A stretch of 24,616 bases of DNA from Elusimicrobiota bacterium (GTDB lineage Bacteria > Elusimicrobiota > Elusimicrobia > UBA1565), in contig JBDREN010000002.1 in NCBI GenBank assembly GCA_043819795.1, positions 1-24,616 of the forward strand. Direction: 5' to 3'. The notes under the pieces were generated by a model that was not told the origin of the DNA, searched no databases, and saw only the letters and a list, made by a program, of their open reading frames with translations. Below are positions 1 through 10,200 of the stretch, in pieces (the stretch's first letter is position 1; each line of letters begins with the position of its first letter). A program made the translations under genes and the position numbers.

Positions 1-543
1 GTCTATCCCGACGACGTCTCTGGGCAGGACGTACTCCAGGTACAGCTGGGGCTGGGGCGTCACGGTGAACGGGGCGTATCCGGTATTCAGGGTCTGCGGG
101 ATCCCGTCGACGGAATAGGAAATCTGCGCCCTGGCCCGATAGCGCATCCCAGTGGGATAGCTTCCGCCCGCTCCCGTGGAGGGGACGATGAGCCAGTGGA
201 TGTCGGCCGTGCTGCCCGCCTGGACCACGCCGCTTCCGTCCAGCGCGTTCGTTCCCGCCAGCTGGGAGACCTTGACGAAGAAGAGGTCTCCTTTGGGGTT
301 GCCCTCCATGTCCTCGATAAAGACGCTGATCGATAGGTCGCTCAACGACGCGGACGTCAGGTTGTTGGTCATCTCCAAGCGCGCGTCGAACCCGAGCCTT
401 TCCAAAGTGACCTTCTGGAGGATCTCGAACTTGACGATCGCGCAGACGGAGGCCAGCTGGGCGTAGGCCAAGCCGGCCAGTCCCAGGCAGGCCAGGCTCG
501 CGGCCAGCAAGCGCCCCGCTTTCCGCGTCAGCGGACGGTCCAT
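1..543 (-). CDS. Secreted protein, 5' part only (181 codons in window, runs off the left edge); putative partner of the giant protein
   Basis: Not in the ORF track because it is truncated. Manual translation from ATG at 543 is open to position 1: MDRPLTRKAGRLLAASLACLGLAGLAYA-QLASVCAIVKFEILQKVTLERLGFDARLEMTNNLTSASLSDLSISVFIEDMEGNPKGDLFFVKVSQLAGTNALDGSGVVQAGSTADIHWLIVPSTGAGGSYPTGMRYRARAQISYSVDGIPQTLNTGYAPFTVTPQPQLYLEYVLPRDVVGID. Basic n-region, hydrophobic core and AYA cleavage site. SD-like AAAGGGG just upstream. Overlaps the rhodanese gene by 16 nt. Confidence 0.9.
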   Translation of the reverse strand, partial: MDRPLTRKAGRLLAASLACLGLAGLAYAQLASVCAIVKFEILQKVTLERLGFDARLEMTNNLTSASLSDLSISVFIEDMEGNPKGDLFFVKVSQLAGTNALDGSGVVQAGSTADIHWLIVPSTGAGGSYPTGMRYRARAQISYSVDGIPQTLNTGYAPFTVTPQPQLYLEYVLPRDVVGID

Positions 544-1289
544 GAGTACCCCTTTTGGATCCATACCCCGAGATCCTCGCCCAATACCGTCACGTCCCCG
601 AACCCCGACTCCACGAGCGTCTTCGCCGCCGTCCTCGCCTTGTCCGGAGAGCGGTGGTAGACGAGGACGGGCGTATCCGTGTCTTTGCCGACGGCGTAGG
701 CGCTGAACTCTTTCAAAGGGATGTTCCTCGCCCGAGGCAGGTGGCCCGCCGAGAACTCCTGCGCGGGCCGGAGATCGATGACGACCGGCCTCTCCTCATG
801 CTCGAGCGCCGACTTCAAATCGCTGCATCCGACGTGCCGGGCCGAGAGGCCCTCCCCCGGCGTTGTCGGGTGCTCCCAGAACTTGAAGGAGGTGGGTAGC
901 CCGGCCGCCTGCCAGCCCATGAAGCCCTCTTTCAAGACGCGCACGTCCTCGTAGCCTCGCTTCAACAGGTCCTTGGCCGCCTTGGCGCTCAGCGGGCATC
1001 CCACTCCGGAGCAGTACAGCGCCAAGACGCGGTCCTTGGGGAGCGGGACCGAATGGATCGCGTCGTGGGGATGGTTGACCGCTCCCTCTATGTGCACCCT
1101 CATATAGTCCTTGGCCGGCCTCACGTCGATGACCATCACCGGCTTCTCGCCTTTCCGCATCGCGAGCAGCTCCTGCGCCGTGACCTCCGGCGCCTGCTCA
1201 GCGAAGGCCAATGAACTCCCCAGCGCCGCGAAGGCCAGCGCGATGAGGACGCGATGTCCGGCGTCAGCGCCACAAATCCCTGAACCCAT
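528..1289 (-). CDS. Exported tandem rhodanese-like domain protein (253 aa)
   Basis: Two rhodanese signatures: VIDVRPAKDYMRVHIEGAVN...LYCSGVGCPLS...GYEDVRVLKEGFMGW and VIDLRPAQEFSAGHLPRARNIP...LVYHRS...GFGDVTVL. N-terminal hydrophobic stretch ending in AFA suggests a Sec signal. Start overlaps the giant gene's end by 26 nt. Confidence 0.92.
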   Translation of the reverse strand: MGSGICGADAGHRVLIALAFAALGSSLAFAEQAPEVTAQELLAMRKGEKPVMVIDVRPAKDYMRVHIEGAVNHPHDAIHSVPLPKDRVLALYCSGVGCPLSAKAAKDLLKRGYEDVRVLKEGFMGWQAAGLPTSFKFWEHPTTPGEGLSARHVGCSDLKSALEHEERPVVIDLRPAQEFSAGHLPRARNIPLKEFSAYAVGKDTDTPVLVYHRSPDKARTAAKTLVESGFGDVTVLGEDLGVWIQKGYSWTVR

Positions 1290-4200
1290 GACCGATACCC
1301 ATCAAGCCCGCGGCAATTTCTTCATAGCTTGCCGGCGAAGCATTAGGGGCGTTAGAGTTGTGTCTTCCTCCACTCAATCCTTTGTGGATCGACGTTCCGT
1401 AAATCTGATCGTAGCACTTGGTGTAGGAATACGCCCCCGTAATGGGGATCGCCACCAGCCCGGTCACGATGCCCGAAAGCGTCTTCAAACCAGGGAGCGC
1501 GTTCTCCGCCGCCAATCCCATCGCTCCCGAATTATTCAGGAAATGGTCCAAGTTGCGTAGCTCAGTGGGGCTGGCGTCGTGGCCCAGGGTTTGCCCTATG
1601 GAATCTTTGGCCATGGATTGCACCGGCGTGTCGACATATGCCCCATCGTCCCCACCCCGGGCCGTTATGACGTCCCCGAGAGCAGCCGACGCGGCGTTAT
1701 TCTTCCCCGCGTACTTTCGTTTTTCGGCGGTGAGTGCCTCGCCCGCGTCCCACAAGGAGGAGTCCCCGACGGCTATGTAGAGTCCCGAGGTATCTTTGTG
1801 GTTGACGGGATCGGATTCCGCATACGCGTAGAGGTTCGTGGAGGCAAAGGCGGGGTCCTTGGATATGAAGCGTCCGAGCTCCGCATCGTAATACCTGGCT
1901 CGCATATAGATCAATCCCGAGTCTTCCTCGTATTCCCGGCCCACGTATGTGAATGGATCGCCCACCGACGAGACGCTGCGGGTGCTGCCGCTGACGGCGT
2001 CTATGAACGTGGGCTTGCCGTAGCTCTCGTACTCCACACGCTCCACGATATTCCCATCGGAGTCGCTCAGGGCCACGACGCTCCCCAGGGCGTCGGTATG
2101 CAGGAAATAGTCGCCGTCGGGGTGATGAAGGATCAGCGGCTCGTCGTGGGATCGGCCGTAGGTCACGTAGAATATATCGATGGACGGTGTCCCGCCGGAG
2201 TCCTGGGTCACCTGCATGGCGACGATGCTCAGGCCGTCGTAGACATAATCCACGGTCTTGCTCAGCGCGCCTAAGGTGACTCTCTTCCGTATCCTTCGGC
2301 TCATGCTGTCGTAGGTGAACTCCGATATGCGGCCGGTCTTCCCGTCCGAAATTCTGGTGAGCCTGTTGCGGGCGTCCCAGGCGTAGGTGACCACGCTTCC
2401 GTCGGCCTTCGAGGTCCTGGAGACCCGGTCCCCCCGCTTATCGTAGGCGTAGTCATAGCGAGCGTCGGAGGTGAGGGCGTTTTCCGTATCGTAGAGGCTC
2501 GAGCTCGAGCGGGGACCGGAGGTCCTGTTGCCGCCCGGATCGTAGGAGAAGGCTTCCTCGAGGGCTTCGACCATTGTGTCGGGCGGGTGCGATGCGCGCG
2601 TGAGGCGCCCCACGACGTCGTAGGAGTATTCGTGGGCCCCGCGGAAGTCCGTCATGGATGTCCGGTTTCCCGAGACGTCGTATCCGTAGGCGAAGGACAA
2701 GACGGAGGCGCCGTTGCGCCGGGTTTCAATCCCGGTCATCCGGGAGTCGGCGTCATAATCGTAGGAGACGGTAATTCCGTTGGACAGGAGGGTCGTCTTC
2801 TTCCGGGACAGGGCGTCGTAGCTGAAGGTCACCGTCTGCCCCAGAGGAGACTCCAAAGAGACCATCCGTCCCATGACGTCGTACTCGTATTGGTAGATCC
2901 CCCAGGGCGTGACCATGGAGGTCATACCGCCGTTCTTGTCGTATGAGTAGCCGAGGTTCACCTGCAGCGAGGCGGCCTTGTTGGTCTCGGTGATGTGGAC
3001 GGGGCGGTTCACCTCGTTGTAGCTGAACTGCGTCTTGGACTGTTCGTCTTCGAGCGTCGCAAGAGTGCCTGCCTCATTATACGATTGGGTGAATGTGGTG
3101 TCCGCGAATGAGGACGAGAGCCTGCGTCCGGCCACGTCATAGGAATAGAGGCTCGTGTATCCATCCGGATCCGTGAGCTGGGTGATCCGGCCGGCGCTGT
3201 CGTAGCTCACGCGCGTTACGTTGCCCGAGGGACTCGTCATCCCCCTATACTTGCCTTCGGCATCGTAGTCGAAGGTCGTCGTGTTCCCATTCGGGTCCTG
3301 GATGGAGCTTGTCAGGAACGTCGGGAGCGTCTCGCAGCTTACGCAGCCCGGCTCGTAAGTGAACCGCGTGGTCGCGCCGTTGGATTCCCGGATATCCGTA
3401 ATGCTTCCGAACTCATTGCGCGTCATGTGCCGGACGCGGCCGGACGGGCTGGTGATTGAGGCGATGCGCCCCAAGCCGTCACGGGTGAATCCAGTCGTCC
3501 GGCTCATAGGGGTGGTGATGCTGGCGAGGTTTCCGTCGGAGTCGAAGCTTCGGGCCGTCACTTCGCCCATTGCGTCCTGCAGGCTGGTCCAGGATCCCGT
3601 TGGCCCGTAGCCCAAGACTTGCGTGGTGCCGTCCGGACGATTGAGCCGCGTCATCCGCCCTTGGGAGTCGTATTCAAAGCGGACCTTGTGGCCCATGGGA
3701 TCGGTCACGGAGGTTACGTTGTCGTCCGCGTCATAGGATGCCTGCGCGGACACCCCGGCGGAGTTCGAAGCCGCCGTGAGCCGTCCACGCTCGTCGTAGA
3801 AGAAGTTCGCTTCGCGGCCCAGGGAGTCCGACATGGAGGTCACGGACCCGCTGGAGTTGTATTGGACCGCCAAGTCCGGGTTGCCGGGAGCGCGGACGCC
3901 GCGGACCATCGTGCCGGCGGGCGTATGGCCCAGGATTAGCTCGGCGGTCGCTCCCATCGGGGTCTGAACGATGGCCTTGCCGTTACCCATCGCGTCGTCC
4001 ATCTGCAGGTCCAGGGACTGGAACCCTTGGGAGCCGCCGACCTCGCTCTTGTTGATGACATAGTCCGCCGAAGGGATGCCCGCGGTCATGGACGCGGAAC
4101 CGCCGCTGAATTCCCGGATGGACCTGCGTTCGGCGGAGCTGATCGTCTCGGATGAAGCCTTGGCGAGGGGGGTGGCCACGTCGACCCCGTACCACTGCTC

Positions 4201-7200
4201 GAACAACGCCGTGTCCACCGCGCCGGATGGGGTGAGCGGCAGGGTGTAGATGGCGTGGGCGTAGGCTCCGGCGGCCGTGGCCTTGCCCAGGGCTTTGATG
4301 TCGGGCGGGCTCTCATAGTCCCAGCTGGTCCGCAATCCCCTGGGGTCGGTCATCTCCGTGACCAGATCCCCAGTCGGCCCCCCGTAGACGAAGCTGTGGT
4401 CGCCTTGCAGGTTCGTGAGGCTGGTCAGCCGCCCGTCCGTGAATACGAACTCCGCCGACCGGTCCGCGAAATCCGTGACGGACCGCAACCGGCCCTCCAA
4501 GTCGTGCTGAAGGGTGTAGAGGGTCCTCCCGGTATCGTCCACTACATTGTCCAATCGTCCGCTGGGATCATACTGGAGCCCGACGGAGTCCCCGCTGCTG
4601 TCGGCGATCTTCGTCAGTCTTCCGGCGCTGTCGTAGAGCAACTCGCCTTCCGGAATGGCCAGGGAATAGCTTCCGTCCGGTTTCTGGGCCAGGTCCGGGG
4701 GAGAGAAAGTCCCGTCATCGTTGCGGTCGAACTGCCACACGTCGCCGCCCGGCGTCTGGGCGATGACGAAAGTCCGCGTGGAGTCCATGACGAAGATCTC
4801 GCGGCGGCTGTCGTTGATGTATCCCTCGACCGAGCGCACGGTGCGCAGGCTTCCCTCGAAGCTGTGACGCCAGCCCTTGCCGAGGCTTCCCGTGGCGTCG
4901 AGGTTGTGGGTGTTGTAGAAATGCGCGAAGTCCAGGGAGAAGCCGTATTTCGGTATGCTTACGTTAAGGTCCCGGAACGTGAGGTTCATGTTCCCCGAGG
5001 TCGGGTCCGTGCCGTCGGCTCCCAGCTTGCAGCCGAACGACAGCGCGATCGGAATGGAGACGCTGGGCGGCATGCTCCTCAGCGCCCTCTTGCCGGCTTT
5101 CTTCAGGAGCTTGCCCAGGTCGTCGAGGCCCAAGCCGAACTCCCCGCAGCTGGTCGGAGCGGGCCGCGCGCCCCCGAGGTCCGGCACGTAGCCGCCGCGC
5201 CACTGGCCCCCGCCGCAGCAGCCCCCGCCGCCCCAATAGCGGCGCCCCCCGCCGCCCCCGCCGCCGCCGCAACTGTCCCCGACCCCGAATGTCACGCTCG
5301 GGCCCGGAACGCTCACCCACGAGCCGGCGATGCAGTGGTAGGTGTACCAGAGGACCATCGTGACCCAGTGGCAGGAGGCGTGGGCGAGCTCGATCCTGTA
5401 AGGGACGTCCACGCTCTGGCCGGGCAGGAGCTCCGGTATCAAGTCCTGCATGAACTGGATGGTCGTGTCGGTGTCGCTCTTGATGTCGAACCGCAGGTCG
5501 TGGGCCTTGACAAGGCCGTGGTTCGTCAGGCGGAGCTGCCCGTACGCCGTCTCTCCCGCGTTGAGCGGGATTTCCAGGAGATTGGGCTCCACGGTCACGA
5601 CGGGGGCGGGGACGTCCGTCTCGTAGGTGACCTCCAGCTTCACGTCGTATTCGTCCTTGATGAGCGTCGGCGTGACGGTGAAGGTTGTGCTCACGAAGGA
5701 CCTGGGCAGGACGTATTCGATCGTCTCGGGGATCCCGGGGATCGCCTCGGCCATCCCCTGGGAGGTGTGGAACCCGGGGGCGGCGATCTGCCATTGGAAC
5801 TTGCCGGCCGGGATCTGGGTGAAGGTCGCGACGCCGTTGAGATCGGCGGGGAGGTTGAAGCTCAGACCGGGGACGTCCAGGCTGGTCAGGGTGACCGTGG
5901 CTCCTTTCACTCCGGCCCTGGTGGCGGAGTTCGAATCGATGATGTGGAAGGTGATGTCCCCTTCCCGGGAGGAGGTGAGTATGACCCCGACGCCCAGGGG
6001 GAAAGAGTCGAGGTTGGCGCTGTCGACGGAGATCCGCTCGTTGTGGGTGCCGGAGGGCAGGTCTTCCGGAGGATTCACGCTGAGGCTTACGCTGAACGAC
6101 TCCCCGGGCGCCAGGTCGCCGATCTCGGTCTCGGAGTGGATGTGGATCCAGGACGCCGTGGGCGGGCCGAGGGAGACGCCGCGCCAGACCTGCGTCCCGA
6201 CGTTGGAGATGACCGAGGTGAGGTTCTTGCTCTGCCCGGCCGCCAGGCTCACCACGAAGCTCTGGGGCTGGACCCGCGGATAGACTTGGCTGGGGACGAG
6301 GTACAGTCTGACTTGGGCCGTCCTTTCGAAGCCGTGGGACTCCCGGACTTGCATGAGGAAAGAGACGCTCCCGGGCGCCTCGGCGTCCCCCCAGGCGCGA
6401 AGCTTCAGCTTCGCCTCGGTCCCGGGCTCGATCGGTGAGAGCAACGTCGAGCTCGCCAGATCCAGGCCCACCAGCCCTTCGGCTTGGCTGTCCAGGAGGG
6501 AGAACGTGACGTCCGTCGGCGTGACGGGCGTTTCGCCCGTGTTGGCCACGCCCACCTCGAAGAGGTAGGTGGTCCCCTTGGCCAGAGTGGCTTCCGGCTG
6601 GGCGGGCGTGATGGCCATCCCCACGATCGCGAACGTGGACATGACCGGGGTGGCGAAGATCCCCGGGTCGACGGCCCACGCGGAATAGACCCCCGCTTCG
6701 CCGGCGGAGGGATGGAAATCGACGAAGTAGGGATACCTGCCGGTCAGGTCGGCGGCCGCGGATGTCGTGGCGAAGTATATCCGGGTGAAGTCGCGGATCG
6801 CGATCCCCACCTTGACTTGGCTGTCGGGAAGAGGGTTGCCGTCCAGATCGGACGCGTAGCCTGTGAACGTGATGGCCTGGCCCTGATCGTAGACGTCCCG
6901 GTCGTGCCGGAGGGTGGCATGGAGGCTGACCGACGACACCAGGACCGTGATGGAATTCGCCAGGCCCGGGCCCGCAAGCCCTCCCTCGCCGGCCATCCCG
7001 GAAACCACGGCTTCGAGGTCGAGCAGGCTGTCGATGGCGATGCTCTCCGGGGTTGCCAGAGCGAGCGGGTCGAAGGCCGCGGCCTGTCCGGCGGGGACGG
7101 AAAGGACCGCTTCGGAGGAGGCCTCCGAGAGGACCATGCCGGCCTGTGTCTTGAGCCGAAGCTTGAGCGCTCCCGCGGGCACGATAAGGGCCGCCGATCC

Positions 7201-10200
7201 CTGGTTGGAGAGCCTCACCGTGACCTGGGTATGCGCGTTCGGCGAGAAAGTGCCCGGCAGAAGGGTCAGTCCCGCGGAAGGCGGCTCGCGCACGGCGGCG
7301 GGAAGCTCCAGTATTCGCGTCACCGAGGTGCCGGGCTCCGACCCTTGGACGAGCCGCACCCGCACGAGCGCGGGGTTGGGCAGCTCGGGCGGGATCGCGC
7401 AGACCGTGCTCAGGTCCCGGCTTTGACCTCCTCCGAAGAACGTCCATCCGGTCTCGCAGTCGGAGAGAGTCGCGCCGGAGATATCCGGGAGCTCGATGGC
7501 GGCCGGTCCGAAGAGAGCGTTGACCGGGTCGGAATCAGGACGCGTGAGCGCGAGGACGATCCGGTCGAAATATCCGCGCGTGAGCCGCATGCTTTCGTCG
7601 CCGCCGGCGATGCCGGAAGGTCCGAGAAGGACCTCCACCGGCACGATGGTGGCCGTGGAGGACGGGCCTTCCTGCCGCAAGCCGTCCAGGCCGGCGACAC
7701 GATAGGCATGGAAGCCCTGGTCCCGCGGGAAAGCGAAATCTTCGAAAGACGTCTGGGGGATGGGCGTCTGGTTCAGCCTGACGCCGTTTCTGTAGACGTT
7801 GTAGCCGGAAAGGGTCTCGGCGTAGGGAGGGGCGGTCCAACTCAGAGCGGCGCCTCTTGACGATACCTGGACCGCCATGTCGAGCGGAGCCGGCGGGGGC
7901 GTCATGAGCCGGAAGGCGAGGGTCGACTCGGCCGAGTTGCCCGCCTTGTCCTGGGCCGTGACGACGAGAGTGTGCCGTCCGGCCGTAGCGATCGACGAGC
8001 CGCTCGAATAGGCCTCTCCATCCAATACGGCCGCGACCGACATCAGGTTCGCGTCCGCGGCTCCGAACGTCGCATGCACGGCGGCGTAATAGGTGGCTCC
8101 CTGCGCGACCTCTGTCACGGAAATGGCGGGAGGGGTCTTGTCGATGGTGAAGCGCAGGTCTTCCGATGCCGTCAGACCGCCGGTATTGGCGGCGAAGACG
8201 GTCATGGCGTGCTCGCCCTCCGCCGAGACGGTCGAGCCGGAAACGAAGGATTCCTCATCGACGGTCGCGCTCACGCTGGAGGGAACAAGATTGGGATCCT
8301 CGGCGTAGAAGACCGGGCTCACGTCCGTTCGGTAGAACCGCCCGTCCTCCACTCCCAGGACCGTGATCGCGGGAGGCGCTCCGTTGTAGTTCGCGTGGGT
8401 CTCGTCGGAGGGGGGGCTTTCGTTGCCCGCGATATCCAGTGCCGTGGCTCTGTAGTAGTAGGTCCCGTTTCGAGTCAGGACGTCCACGTAGGGGGAGGCG
8501 GCGGGGATCGGAGTCAGCCCGGAAAGGCTCGGCAGCGGTCGCGTCGAGCGATAGAGCAGGAACCGGCTTGTCGAACCTCCGCCCGAGACCCAGCTCAGCT
8601 CGATCTGGCCGAAGGCGTTGATCGAAGCCGTCAGGCCGGCGGGAGGGGGCGGGGGGGTGGAGACGGAGTCCGCCCGAGCCGAGCCCGAGACGTTGCCCTC
8701 GTTGCCGGCCGCGTCCATCGCGGTGACCGCGTAGTAGTACGCCTGCTCGGCCGGCGGATGGTCGGTGAAGCTTCCGCTGTGGTCCGGATTGGGGAGGATC
8801 TCCGTCTGTGCGGGAGTCAATCCGCCCTTGGAGAAGATCAAATCATCGGCGCGGTACAGGTTGTAGCGGGCGGCTTCCTCTCCGACGGGAGAGCTCCAGT
8901 TCAGCTGGACGGCGCCGGCCGGACGCGGGGTGGCCGTCATGAAGCGGGGCGGATCGGGCGGCGTCGTGTCGATGAAATAGAACGTTGTTCCGGTCAGCGT
9001 CTGGCCCACGTTCCCTAGGCTGTCCGCCGCGCTGTAGGCGAAGCCGCCCGTCCCGTCTCCCATCTCGGTCGTGACGGTGAAGCTGCCCGCGTAGGACGTG
9101 GTCGAGCCCGAGAGAGACACCGGGACGGAGTCGCCGGCGGGGGTCAGCAGGCCCAGGGACGGGGGCTGGGCAGGGGTGGTGGAGAGGGCGAGGGCGATCT
9201 GGACGACGGTCCCCGCCTGGTAGGGCGAGGCGGGCGTGAGCGAGAGCTCCCCTTCCGGGCCCTGGGTGAGTATCTCGACCGTGCCCCCCGAGGAGATCGT
9301 CTGTCCCTGGTTGCCTACGAGGTCCACGCCCGCGAAGGCGAAGACCGCCGTCCCGCTTGGGTTGAAGCTCTGGATGTGCAGCGTGCCCGTCCATTCCGTC
9401 GGGGTCTGGGCGGACAGGACTATCGGGATGGGGAAGGAGTCGTGAGGCGTGATGGTCAGCAGGGGCGCCGACTGGAGGCTTTCGGACAGGTCCAGGACCA
9501 CCGGCGTGCTCCCCACGCCGAGCGGCGGAGACGACCCCACGCTTATGACGGCGGTCGGGGCGGCCCGGTCCGAAAGCGCGGCGATCGTCGAGGAGATCAC
9601 TCCCTCCCTGCCCGCGAAGTCGCTGGCGCTCACAGCGTAGTAGTACAAGCCGTCCACAGAGGGGCGGTCGACGTGCGACGTTCCGGAGATCATGGGCGGG
9701 AGCCTGTGGGCCGGGGGCGGGGTCCCGCCGCTCGCGAGCGAAAGAGGGCTGGTGGAGCGATAGAGACGGTAGTACCCGACATCGGCTCCGCTGTCGGGCT
9801 CATCCCAGGCAAGGCTGACCTTGCCCGCCGGCTGGGATTGGGCTTGAAGCTGCTCGGGCTGGCCCGGCAGGTCCTCGCTGTAGGCCACGGTGACGGCGTT
9901 GGACGCGGCGCTGGTGCTCCTGTCCACGGCGAAGACGCTGAAGACGTGCGTCCCCGCCGGGACGCCGATATCGGGGAAGGAGAAACGCCCATAGGCGTCG
10001 GCGAAGGTGTCCGACTCCAAGGCGATCCCGTCTAAGTAGAGGCGTACCCGTATATGCGCTTCGGCCGAACCCGAGAGATCCACCGCCCCGGTCAGCGACT
10101 GGAAGGGGGAATGGGGAGACTGGATCATCGGGGCGGGAGGCGGCACGTAGCTGAGCACGACGGGCCGGTCGACGGTGGAAGAAAAGCCGAAGGTATTGAA

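Noticed and set aside
176..466. 96-aa plus-strand ORF
   Set aside because: Antisense to the better supported minus-strand gene <1..543.
4964..7447. 827-aa same-strand alternative-frame ORF (also 19502-20836)
   Set aside because: Arg/Pro/Gly-rich composition typical of off-frame high-GC translation; the main frame is intact.
1264..7600. Teneurin-like, Tc toxin or CdiA assignment
   Set aside because: No NHL propeller, Tox-GHH, SpvB/TcdB, haemagglutinin repeats or VENN motif seen; only the generic YD shell is shared.
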